Shown in pieces: positions 23,617-35,830 of a DNA stretch of 64,000 nucleotides. The DNA lies in contig CM126210.1 in assembly GCA_052327205.1 (NCBI GenBank), positions 197,842,001 to 197,906,000 on the forward strand. Direction: 5' to 3'. The notes beneath the pieces were generated by a model. That model made no database searches. It saw only the letters and a list, made by a program, of their open reading frames with translations, and had not been told where the DNA came from. Each line of letters starts with the position of its first letter. Position 1 is the stretch's first letter. The position numbers were made by a program, and so were the translations under genes. The stretch is from Somniosus microcephalus (lineage: Eukaryota).

Positions 23617-24393
23617 CACATTGAATTATAATCTCCCAGTACAGAAGAAGAAATACTTTACAAATGAGCTTTACATCGGTCTTTAGAATGGACATTCTCT
23701 CAATTACCTCATCAGTTTCATGTCAAGCGAACTGCAATTATCAGGGACTAGGTGAAATTTTCTTTTCACATTTAAACAGATCACCATCAGTACCCCACTT
23801 GGCATCTCTTCGCACCCCATTACCGCTGGAGTCCCTCAAGGATGTATCCTTGGATCCCTCCGTTTCCACCATCCCTCTCCCTGGTCACTGTGTCAGGCTG
23901 AACCAGACTGTTTCCAACCTCGGCATCCAATTGGACCCCGATCTGGACTTCCAACTCCATACCCACTCCATCACAAAGACCGCTTACTTCCACCTCCATA
24001 GCATTGCCCATCTCGGACACTGCATCAGCCCATCAGTTGCTGAAACCCTCACCCATGCGTTGCTTACCTCCAGACTCGAGTATTCCAATGCCCTCCTGGC
24101 CGGCTTCCCATCTTCCACCCTCCATAAACTGGAGCTCATCCAAAAGTCTGCTGCCCGTATCCTAACTCGCACCATGTCTTAGTAAATATCGGACACCTGC
24201 ACACATTTCCACATTGAATTATAATCTCCCAGTACAGAAGAAATAATACTTTACAAACGAGCTTTACATCGGTCTTTAGAATGGACACTCTCTCAATTAC
24301 CTCATCAGTTTCATGTCAAGCGAACTGCAATTATCAGGGACTAGATGAAATTTTCTCTTCACTTTTAAACAGATCACCATCAGTACCCCACTT
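23617..24393 (+). repeat. 184 bp direct duplication (23617-23800 and 24210-24393) flanking an L2 RT fragment (23801-24178)
   Basis: The copies differ at a handful of positions. The insert encodes GVPQGCILG and AYFHLHSIA..TSRLEYSNALLAG..LELIQKSAARIL. Confidence 0.93.
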
Positions 24394-25110
24394 AAAAAAT
24401 ATAAATAGACAGTTACACAGAATTATCAACCATAATGTGTTAGTTAGCTTATTTGTATTTAAACATTAATAATTGATAACAATCAAAAGCATTGACTTGG
24501 AATTACTGAGCTTGAAAATAAGAGCAAATTAGATTAGTATGCACAGTTGAAGCTTTAAAAAATGGAGTAATTATATTGTCTCTACTAATGTTAATTTTAC
24601 TCCCTTGTGTTCCTCCAGGCTAGTTCTCTTGTTAATGTTATTAGCACTTACTGTTAAAATTAAACTATAATTAGGAAAAAAAAGACTGTAAAGAGAACAA
24701 GGAAGCACCAACCTCCCCACCAGCTGTCCAAGTGCCTTTAAATGCCTCGAGAATCATCACTGTTACTCATACCGAATAAACAACATATCCCATGCACTGG
24801 CTTCCACCTGCGCAGCCTACACCTGCCTGCCCAGGATCAGTGCCATCCCTGTCCCTATATAGTGTTTGTGTTCTATGTATCTCGCTGTATCTGTCTGTAA
24901 GTGCTGTGTGATCTTATGTGTACAGTCAGTCATTCATTTGGATAAACAGTACATGACAACTTTTTTTTTTTAAATCAATAGGATAAATAAAATTATGTTA
25001 ATGTTTAAAATTAGGGGCTAGCCAATTCCAAAACACGAAATCAAAAACGTCTTAAAAACATTTTTCTGTATAGCCATTTTCAAAATATACTTCATATAGA
25101 AAGACATTTT

Positions 25111-25516
25111 GGGTGCATTTTCACTGCAGCTATGAGTCTGAGACCAGTAGCTGCAGTTTGGGTACATGCATAGACAGAACTGTCTCCCTAAAGTTAGAAT
25201 TGAAGTGTTTAAGTGAGTGGAAGGGGAGAAATACTACTCTCACCATTTAAATTAAGGTCAGGTGGGCTTACAAAGCATCCAGGGGGCCCAACAAACTCCA
25301 TGAGGACTTTGCAAACTAGGATTGACACTGCACTGGAATTACACTCAATGAGGAGTCAAACCAAAGCAGGGTAAGGCTAGCCCTTCCAGGGAGTCTCGCT
25401 TCACTTTGCCCCAGAGTCAAGTCAGCCTTGACTCCAGATTTACACTGCTACTTTAGCATCGATGCAAAGCTGAAATCGCTTCACGCTGATACTAAACTTG
25501 TAGCGTAAATGCACCC
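25111..25516. mobile_element. Old MITE with GGGTGCATTT TIRs
   Basis: GGGTGCATTT at 25111 and AAATGCACCC ending 25516; flanks TTT and TTA (Harbinger-like 3 bp TSD, one mismatch). Confidence 0.55.
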
Positions 25517-25759
25517 TTAGCTGGTAATACAGAAATATAAATATTATTTAGAGCACCATATGGCCTTTACCATATATTTAAATTATTAGAGTGTTTGGCA
25601 TTGTTTCCTGAATTTGCTGCATTATCAAAGTGAGAGCTACTGGTAGTCCAGTTCCCATCTCCTAAGCAACAAGTATGACATTACTTCAGAAATGTTACCA
25701 TTCCTTCAAGTATTTATAAACTACACAACACAAGGAAAAACACATTCCCCTCAGCATTG

Positions 25760-26850
25760 CTGTCCTTTCAACTCTTGTGAATGTTACTACAGCGCATTAT
25801 TTCTCCTTGACCTCTGCAACTTTTGGCATGGTTGACTATGCCATTCTCTTCCACCGCCTCTCCTCCAAGGTCCTGCCCCTCATGGCTCCAGTCCTATCTT
25901 TTCCAACATAGCCAGCATAGCTTTTATAAATATTTCCCCTTCTGCAGCTGCACTGCCACCTCCTGTGTGCCCCAAAGCATAGGTCAGCTTTCATAGGCAT
26001 GCTGACAATGCCCAGCTAAATCTCTCTACCATCACCCCTCTTTAATCAATGAACATTGCCCTGCTGCCTGTACAACCACATTGTGTATGAGCCAGAACTT
26101 CTTACAGCTCAGCAGTACCAAGACTGAAGTCCTCCTAATCAGCCTCCACCAGAAAATCGGTGCCCTAGCCCCTAATTCCATTCCCCTTCCTGTATACCTG
26201 CTCAAACACAACTCTATGGTCCTCAACTTTGGTGTCCTGCTCAAACATCAGTTGAGCATCAATTCCCTCATCCAGTCCATCACCAAGACTACTTACTTTT
26301 ATCCCAGAAACATTGGTAGTTCTATCCCAATCTCACCCACCCCTGCTGCAACTAAAACCCTAATCCATGCCTTCATCACTTCCAAAGCCCTCCTCTTAAG
26401 CTCCCCAACATAAACTAGAGCTCGTCCAGTACTTTTGCCACTCGTAACCTATCCAGAACTAAGTGCCTATCTTTCCTAACGCCATTGGCTCCCTGTCCCT
26501 CAGCACATCAATTAAAAAATCTTCATCTTCAAACCCCTGCACAGCCTCCCTCCTCTCTAGCTCTGCAATCTTCCCCCCATCCCTTTGTCCTTACCCACAC
26601 TCCTCTTCAAATTCTGGTCTATTGCTTATCTCTTGCCCAACCCCCACCCCCACCATCTTTGACAGCCAGCCTGCTCCCACACTCACTTACACCCCCCCCC
26701 CCCCCCAAACGGGCAGCCCACTACATTTCTCCCCATCTTTAAAAGTCTCTTTAAAACCTACCTCTTCAACAGTGCTTTTGACCATCTCCAATCTGAGCTC
26801 CAAATGTAAAGCAGCTTTTGTACATTAAAGGATACTGCAGAAATGTAAGG
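25760..26850 (+). mobile_element. Decayed L2 LINE 3' fragment
   Basis: MSQNFLQLSSTKTEVLL, TKTLIHAFITS; C-rich sense strand. Confidence 0.8.
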
Positions 26851-27869
26851 TTTTGTTGTTTAACAAACAGATTATGCTTGTAAACAGATTATGCAATGGT
26901 GTTAACTGCATAAAACCACATCACAGTTGTGCTTGCACATGAAATCCCTCTCCAAATAAAATACATTTATCAAACCGTTTTCTTTTATGGAAAATGCACC
27001 TTTTAATAATATACTACAGACAAATACCGGATTCCCTTTTCTTCATACTTTTTGTTTCTTAGCTTAAATCCCTTCATAAGGCATCAATTTTGCAGTGGCT
27101 CCTAAATCATATACAAGTACAAAAAAACCTATTTCCAGTTTCCAGGTTTTGCTGTTCGTTCACAAGCTCGCAAGCAGTCACATCAGCAAAAAAGGACAAA
27201 CTGTGGTTCCCTCTAAAATGCAACCCTTCCCCCCACAGGGCAAAGGTCACAGCAGCTATATGCCCTCCCAGAACAAACAAATCAAAACTCAAAGTAGCCT
27301 TCTGCATCCTTTCCTTTCCTGCTTTCCTCCTTGACAGCAGGAATTTTTTTTTTTGCAATTACTTCTACTTTAATGACATGGTGAGCATGGAGAGCTGATT
27401 TAACTAGTTAATAGGCAAATAGAAGAAAATGTAGCCAATCAGTAAACAATAGATATACAATATAAAATAATGGTGCATAATTTAGAGCCAAATCAATCAC
27501 CCAGTAAAACATACCTCAATTTAGCTAAATATTTGTAATTAGTATTTAGATTTGGTTTTTTGGAAATTGTTATTGATAAGATTACTGCTTTACAATGATA
27601 TTTATGTGAAAAGTTCTACTGTCCCTGAGTGCATCAGGCAAGAAATGACTCCTGGCATAATTAAAGGTTGTAGAGTCACAGTCCGAAGTACTTTAATCAA
27701 AGCAAAGGATCCATTTTGTCAAGTGCATTTGGGGAAAGTGGAAAGCTGGAGAATGTTGTTAAGATTAGATTTAGAAAGACATTATTCACATCTTTCATTC
27801 AGTCATTTTATTTTTTCCTAATGTCAAAGATGGTCTGTTATGGTTTGTTCTTCAAATATTCTTTTACAT

Positions 27870-28125
27870 GGTGGCTCAGCAACTCAGGACAGTGAGTTGC
27901 TTATCCATATAGGTCAGGAAGGTACCAGGTTTGATCACCAGTCTGTTCTGAGTTAGCTGATCTCAGTTGGGGAGATGTTAGGGCACTACAATTGGCTTCA
28001 ATGCCCAGTGGGTTAAAGACAAATTGGCCAGGGTTCCCATTCCTGATTGCTATCCAATGACCCCTCCTGGAAATGTGCTTGTGCAGATGTGAAATGAAAA
28101 CGGGATTGGGCGCATTTATAATGCC
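27870..28125 (+). mobile_element. SINE-like family B
   Basis: tRNA-like head, then CTGAGTTAGCTGATCTCAG..TTGCTATCCAATGACCC. Confidence 0.7.
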
Positions 28126-28784
28126 ATTATATAAAGGCAGACAACTAACCTCAGGCTATCATGTCCTGCATTCGATCTTATTTTTCCATAGTATATTCAT
28201 TTTCAAACATTTTGAATCATGTCTCTGCAGTTTAGCAACCCTAATGTACTTGTAGATACCTACAAAAGGGTTGCATCACTGCATAACAGGCTTAGAAAAT
28301 CTATAACAACAAATATTTTTAAGAATGATTTACTACTGCATCCTCTCCATAACTTGAAATATAAATCAAATGTTATTTTTTGCAAAATATTATTTAAAAT
28401 GCAATTTAATTTCCTGGAATTTTGCAATATAATATTTGTTGTGGTGATGTCTGGCAGTTTACAATGCAAAACAACAGTTACCAATGAGATGTTAATTCAA
28501 TCCATTCCTTTGTATTTTTTTAAATCACAACAGACGTGCATACAGAACTACCTTTAATGAATTGTCACTTAGAAAATATAATTTCCCTCTATTTTTGCTG
28601 CTTTTCTGACTTATTTAAAGTTAGCTCCATTTTGGCTAACTACATGTATGTTTTGAAAAGCTAAGAATTGCCAAATTTCACCCCCAGATGATAACCAAAT
28701 CTAAACGTCAGTCAAGACTGATATTCAAGTTGTGATGTCCAGAATGTGAATCCAGCATCGTACACAATTAAAGCAAGAAACTGT

Positions 28785-29165
28785 GATCCCTCAGTTGGTA
28801 AAGTTAATGCATGACTGAGGCCAGATTCATTTCCCAGTCTGCGATGAGGTAGCTGATCTCAGTCAGGTGGGAGAAGGGATGCTAAAAATGGCTCCAGCAC
28901 CCGTCAGCTAAGGATGGGGAAAAAAAATCAACCAACTATCCAATGACCCTCGCTGAAAAGGGCACTCTTGTGGGTGAGGAGAAGATTGGACCCGATTGTA
29001 ATGACCTCCACCCCCACACCAAACCCCCCATAATTGGATAAGCTTGCCAACACACTATCTAGGCTAATACATGAAGAAGGGTCACTTGGGTGAGGTATTG
29101 AGGAGCAATAGGTATCAGTGGGAATAAACCCTTGATGTATCAGTACCTCCAGGAGGAGAAAATTG
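28785..29165 (+). mobile_element. SINE-like family B
   Basis: Same core, ending CAGGAGGAGAAAATTG. Confidence 0.7.
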
Positions 29166-30639
29166 CAAGACGATTCCAATTTTAAAAAAGAGGGAATATG
29201 ATATTGTTCGTTACTTGGACACATCACAAGATATCACACTACTCTATGATATAGTTCATCAGTGGACCTTGCTTAAATCAGCAAAATGAATAGTTGGGAA
29301 CCTTCTTCAGTAAACAAGTTTGCGCTCCGATAATGAATTAGCTTTGTAGCTATTCGAGCTCCTATGGGCAGTCTCAACAATGATTTTTGGTAACAAGTAT
29401 CTTGCAGTACAACTCAAGAAAAATTATTGTTGGGAGATTGCAGCTTTAATTATTGTATCATGACAAATTCACAATTTATACCATCCTAAGTCATATATTT
29501 TTAGTTAATTTCTCAAAGTTGTGAAAGATCCAGCCTGATAATTAGTACATGAAACACTTCAAAAAGCAGCACACAGTTCAATTTCTACTTATTCTTGCTG
29601 TTTCATTATTATTCCTTCAAAGGGAAAATAGATCACCGTGATTGCAAAAGAAAATATTTTCTGTATGTAGATTTTAAGCTTTCCTTTTGTTTTTTTTTCC
29701 TGTTGCAACTCATCTACCTGTTGAAAATGAGAACCGGTGTCTTTCTAAGCTATATCTGTACAGTATTTTACAAGAAATTTGTTTCTTTATGCAGCCAAGA
29801 ACTCTCCAGGGATGGGAGGAAAATGTTATCTAAAACTGATAAGCTCCCATAACAAACAAATTCAAATTTTAAAATTGCTGAGAAAAAGAAAGTTTGTATT
29901 TCGTCAGATATTTTAATCCACATTTTTTTCCTTCCTTACTATATTTGCTAAGCTTAAGCTTTTCTGCCTGCTTTTCAAAAGTGTCAACATCTCTGAAACT
30001 TTTGCACTTCCCATTATTTTGCTGTAACATGCTTGTACTTTAGCTTCAACCAAAACTCGTACTCCACAGCCTTCACCCCAGAGAAAATATTGCTCCTCAC
30101 AGCCCATTACTGTACCTTCCACCCCAAACTCAACACTTACAACCTATATAAACAAAAAAGTCCACTTGGGCAAACAAACTCAGCCAACAGTGCCAACAAC
30201 TAACCACTGCTCTCGCCGGGTATTGAGAGCTCTGGGTGGTAAATGCCTCTTCCTATATGCATAAACTAGAACTGGTAACCAATAGAGACCATGTATAAAT
30301 TACATAACGTTTATTATAGAAGCTTGTATTCTTATTTTGTGTTATAATCTTTTTCTTTATTAAACACTACCAGTTGCAGAGCTTATTTGGGTCACCTGAT
30401 GCAAAGCTAAACTTTGGCACTTATGGCATAACGGGAAATAATTTTTAAAAAAGGTTTCTATGCAGTTCATGTGTAGAATTAGCGACTACAAAACAATAGT
30501 GAACCATCAAGTAATATTGAACATTAGTGTACTTGGACGGCGCTGCACTTTCTTCCCTTTAATAAGGAGCAGTGAGCCAAGCTTTTGAAGACTTAAAAGA
30601 TGAGCAGTTGGGGAAAAAATATTGTACATAAAGTAAAAA

Positions 30640-32300
30640 CACCAAATTCTGAAGAGAGTGGTTCAGTTGCACAGACCCACGAGCAGCAGGGCTCGCCCTT
30701 GCACGGCTGGCGGCGGGGAAGCCCCTGTCGAGCTGCATGACGTGCAAGGCAGGGTGAAGTGTGTGACCAGAGCTGGGGATTCCCTCTCGGGCTACGCGCT
30801 TTGCAGGTTGTGGGGGGTCGCTTGGGAAAGTTTCATCTTAAAAAACATTGCCTCTTTCCGCCCTGAACCTGGCGCTGCCGCTTCAACAGCAAGAACATCC
30901 ACGCAGGAAGTGAAATAAGTCACAAAATGACGCACGGAAGGTAAGAGGGAAAGAAATGCGTGACCCTCTGGTTTTACTTGAAGCTCTAAAATAGATCGTG
31001 TAGAACCCGTTTACTGCGATGCGGGAAGCGGTAAATTGTTCAGCAAAAACAAAACATGGCTATTTCCCCGGACAAAGCGTTCACTGTTGCAACGTCGGAC
31101 TATCCAGAATTGGAGATGAATGTTCTTCCGGGTTCACTCTTTTCGCTGTGTGTATATTTTTCTCTCCCTCATTTCTTTACATAACGATAGAGCAGTATTT
31201 TTTTGACATGAAGGCAAATTGAACGCGTCCTGGAGTTTCACATTTTCAGGTAAACTGAATGTGCAAAATTTAAAAAACGAAATCCCCCCCCCCATGAAAG
31301 TACTTTCTGGAATAATGCAAGTTAGCACGCGAAAGTTCGTTTACTAGCAAAAGTTTGGTCGCCTTCTTTGTTTATTTAACGCCGCCCCAGTGCGGGCGGA
31401 GCAGTGCCCGGCTCAGCTCTGCCTATTGTTTTAGGTGTGAGTGCGAGGCGAGGCTCACCGACTGCTGTCACCTGGCGGCCTGCTGCTGCGGGCGCCAGGG
31501 GGCGTCCTGCCCATTCCAGGAGCTCCTGTGGTCCCCGGGACCGGCAGCTCCTCCCCGGGACCGGTCCCCGGGACAGGCAGCTCCACCCCGGGACAGGCAG
31601 CTCCACCCCGGGACCGGTCCCCGGGACAGGCAGCTCCACCCCGGGACCGGTCCCCGGGACAGGCAGCTCCACCCCGGGACCGGTCCCCGGGACAGGCGGC
31701 TCCACCCCGGGACCGGCCCTCGGGACAGGAGGCTCCACCCCGGGACAGGCGGCTCCACCCCGGGACCGATCCCCGGGACAGGCGGCTCCACCCCGGGACC
31801 GATCCCCGGGACAGGCGGCTCCACCCCGGGACCGGTCACTGGGACTGGCGACTCTGCACTTTCCCCGGGACAGCAACATTGCTTTAAAAGGAAAACATGA
31901 GATTCATTAAATCCACTGAGTGTATCCTTGCTGTAGTCCCTTTATCTCAATAATGATGGTCTGAGTTGATGCCGGCACGGGAAGGTGTGTGTAGTATAAA
32001 CTATTTTAAATGTATATTTCTCCTCGACATTTTATAGTTTTTTTTTACTTAGCGGTAAGATGGTGTGATACATTAGCGGCGTGGTGCATATGATAAAGTG
32101 CTATTTTTTTTCTTTAAAAATAAAATGGTAGTAACGCGTGGTAATACGAACCGAGTAGCACGATTCGTTGAGTTATTTTGTTTAAATCGACGGTGAACTT
32201 TGCTGTTGTAATGTGATCTGGGAGAGTAAATGATTTCCTTCCGCCCGTCTCTAAGTGGATCAGGGAATAGAAAGTCGCCATTTTGATTCGTTGTCATTGG
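30640..32300 (+). promoter_or_regulatory. CpG-island promoter with TCT/5'TOP-like start (CTCTTTCC at about 30852)
   Basis: High CpG density in unique sequence; ETS GGAAGT at about 30905, CRE-like TGACG sites, strong donor GAAG|GTAAGA at 30940/30941. Confidence 0.7.
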
Positions 32301-35300
32301 CAGTTCACAGTCCGAGTTATTCAAAATAGAGCCAGCATTGAGAGGGCATCTGTTTGCTGGTTGTTCATGTCTTTGCCCATGGTTCTCTCTAGCCTTGTTA
32401 TCCGGACACCCATCGAAAGTGATGCCTGAGTCTTTTAAACAGAAGTTGTACTCACAGAAATCATGGGTTTCTGCCTTCGTTGAGACACTCATTGGAATTT
32501 GCAAACGGGAGTATTTTGCTTTTCCAGCAGCAAATCCTGAACGTTTTTGCATGTTGCCTCTTACCACTCTCTTTTCCCTCCCACCACTCTCTTTTCCCTC
32601 CCTCCCCGGTTTTAAGAGTTTACTCCCTCGCAGCAAATTAGTTATTCAGAGTGAGATGTTATAAAATACAATTTTTGTTTTACTATGATAGTTTTTTTTT
32701 TAAACTGAAGGACAAGTGGATATTTTCCTATTTAAAAAAAAAATGACAAAATAGCACTTTGAAAGGGATATATAGATATTGTTCACTAACTGTAGACATG
32801 TAAATCTGGAGTTCTCAAGTTGTGGCACAATATATTTTCAATTAAAATCATAGTTGCGCAGCTAAGGAAGCTGTAAATGTAAAAAAATAAATGAAGACCT
32901 TTGTTCTCGCCCCCTCCACAATTAAAACAATTTCATTCCAGAGGTCAATATGTGGCTTGTGGTCTCAGGCCATGAACAAACAGTCTTTGGACTTGGGCTA
33001 TGTGCCTACATGCCCATAGTGACTGCACTTTAGAAATAATTCTGTCCTGTACAACACAGACATGAAAGGTGCTACATAAATTCACTCATCATTATCATCC
33101 CAAACATAAAGCCAGAATGTATGTAATGCATCAGGCCTACAGAAAAAAAACATATTCTGGCTCAAAAGATTAGAATGTCAATTAATACGTCCTTTAACTT
33201 CAACCTGTAGCAGTGTTTTTTGAGGGGAAGGGTAATGAAAATTGTCCCATTGCAGCTTTGACTCCTGACCTTTCAATTAGTAATTTCTCCAATGCTTCTG
33301 TTTAATTACAAATTTCTCTTTAAAATTGCAGTCTTTATATTTGTGTAAACAATAACATGCTAGTTATGATCTGTGTATGTGATTAAAAAATTATTGTACT
33401 TCATTGTTATAATTTTTGATCCTGTTAGTGCAAATTGTGATCTTATTCTACCAAAAGAATTCATTGACTTTGGGGATCATACGTATTGTTAAACGTCGAA
33501 CCAAAATGTAGCTGATGCTGTCTCTGTTGCAACATCAGTTGCACATTAATACATTTGTGATGTTCATGCTTATCCCAGCCTTGCTTATGTGACATTGTAT
33601 ACAATTGTATTCGTTTTCTGCTTTGCCCATTGCTTATTGAATTGCTTAAAATTTGGAATTAGAATACTACTGAACAAGAAATTTTAATATGATGACCATG
33701 CTCTTCACTTGCTAGTTATATAATTTTGGATTAAATGGTATTTAGGCACCGAAGACATTTGAACCGGTTTTGAAAAGGAAAAATTGAGAGAAGGATTTGA
33801 AACCTCTATGTATTGATCTAAATATTTTTGAAAGAAGCACATCATAAAGCAGATTATTAACCTATTTCATATAACAGAAATTTTCAAAAATTGGCTATAA
33901 ATTGAAAGATACATTTCATATTTAGTTCTGTATTGGAAAAAAGTGGTATGAGATTAAACATCGTTGTACTGTGTTTCTAGTCTATCATAATGTAAATACC
34001 AGACTACAACATATTGCATGCAATTCCCATTGACACTAGAAAAGATTACTGAATTTTGAAATACAGTTCCGTTGACAATGAATTGTGCTTTGCAAATAAA
34101 ATGCATTTTTAAAGAAAAGAATGTGAACAATGTGATGTAGGGATTCAAGTTTTTGAAATGGCAACTATTTTGAAGATTTATGGGGAGGGTGGGAGGGGGA
34201 AATAGGAGGATGGTTTTGTTACCAAAAATTCTAGTGAGTTTTGAACTTGATTAAACATCAGAGATAGCCAAATTGCAGTTAATGGTCAATATGTCAGACA
34301 CCTTATTTTTGTAAGTTTGTATTGGTTAAAAATCTAGGTCTATAATTTGTATAAAGTTATTTTTTTATGTATTTATACCACTTATGATGGTGTACCAATT
34401 TGGAAATATTAAAAAAAAGAAATTGTATATAAATCTTACTTTAAATGGAGGTCATGAGATATATATATTTTAAAGTTTGAGATGAGAATTAATAATGTAT
34501 AAAATTCTTATTCAGTTGTATGTAAAGAAAAGGCAATCTGATAAATTAAGCCTCTGTTGCCTTTAAGAACACTTGGTGTAGCAATGATGTTTCATCTTGG
34601 CTACTGAGAATGTGTTTGTTTTCCTTATTCAATTGAATGCATGTTTCTGCTTTTATGCTCTAGTTTGTGTGTACTGGTGTCCTGCATCAGATACTGTTCT
34701 AGATCAAAAACTGTCTTGGTAATTTCATTAACTGTCTGATTGAAATTGTATGAATATGTTTTCCACTTAAGAGCTCATTAACCTCTTGACTACTGAAGTT
34801 TGTTAAACACAACTGAAGTAAAATTGCCACTGATTAAATTGACCACCTATTACTATTACTAAACCTGCCTTAATATAATCTGTGTATATTGGAGACATTG
34901 TTTATTAATGCAAGTAAATTCATAGCTAGTAAAAGCATACAATTTGAACTTACTAAATCTTTTTTCATTGTATAGAAATATTTAAGCTTAAATGTTGCAC
35001 AATTTTTATTAATCTTTGGAACCCCTAATGCAGCAGATATAATCTTCACTCCAGGGACAGCAGCATATTTTGGAGTGTTAAGAAGTATTTGTGTAGTGCT
35101 TGGTTTATTTAAGAGAGATTAAATCATTGAAGGTTAAATGAGCTGTGATATAAAGGTTTGGAAATTAGGAGGTGAAATTCTTCCTGGTAATTTTATCAGA
35201 ACAGTTGTTAATTACTAAATAGGGTTTACCATTTTATATTAACACCAACTTTTTTTTCAAAATTTAAATGATTTTATAGAAATCCTGATTCAATAATGTG

Positions 35301-35830
35301 CTCTATGGCAAACCTTAATTGCAGTTGAATTATGATTTTTTTTTAATGTAAATTTCCTCTGGCTCATTTAACAGGACATTAAGTTTAAATAGTGGCATCA
35401 TGTTTTAGTCCTAATCTACTTTTTCTAACTTTAACTTTTCTTTACATTAACTAACAAATTGTACTCAAAAGTCCAAAAGAGCAAAAGCTGGTTTTCTTCA
35501 AAATGAGTTAGTAAAAACCTACCATAGTCTATCATTAATAGTTTGAAAATATTTTTTTTTATTCGTTTGAGATGTGGGCGTCGCTGGCAAGGCCAGCATT
35601 TTTGCTATTTATAATTGTAATTTAGAAGCATGGTAATATGGATGTAATGTTTCTCTGTCATAAACCTGAAAATAATTTTACCTTCAACTTAATAATGAAA
35701 GGAAAACTTTACAATATAAATAGGCAAAGATATGTTTGTAGTTGCTTTTAAAAAAAAATCCAAAATGTTTTATCTAATTAAAATGTTGCAAATATTGTAC
35801 CTTCCGTACAATTGTACAATAAAACTATAA
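30852..35830 (+). ncRNA. Putative spliced non-coding transcript (exon 1 30852-30940; candidate exons 31190-31249, 31937-31984, 33746 onward, 34664-34718)
   Basis: Plausible AG/GT pairs. The exon-1 ATG meets a stop within about 15 codons when joined to any of the next three candidate exons. The 3' end is a guess from AATAAA signals. Confidence 0.35.
31533..31872. repeat. GC-rich minisatellite of 20 nt (CCCCGGGACAGGCAGCTCCA) and 13 nt (CCCCGGGACCGGT) modules forming a 33 nt unit
   Basis: Directly visible; explains the overlapping Pro/Gly/Arg ORFs. Confidence 0.95.

Noticed and set aside
26762-26785. CTTCAACAGTGCTT iron-responsive-element-like loop
   Set aside because: The upper stem does not pair; lies in an L2 fragment
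31355-31910. Five overlapping 120-180 aa Pro/Gly/Arg ORFs
   Set aside because: Produced by a stop-free GC minisatellite; open on both strands
32073-32664. 187 aa (minus) and 108 aa (plus) ORFs
   Set aside because: No recognisable domain, non-ATG starts, at the edge of a CpG island
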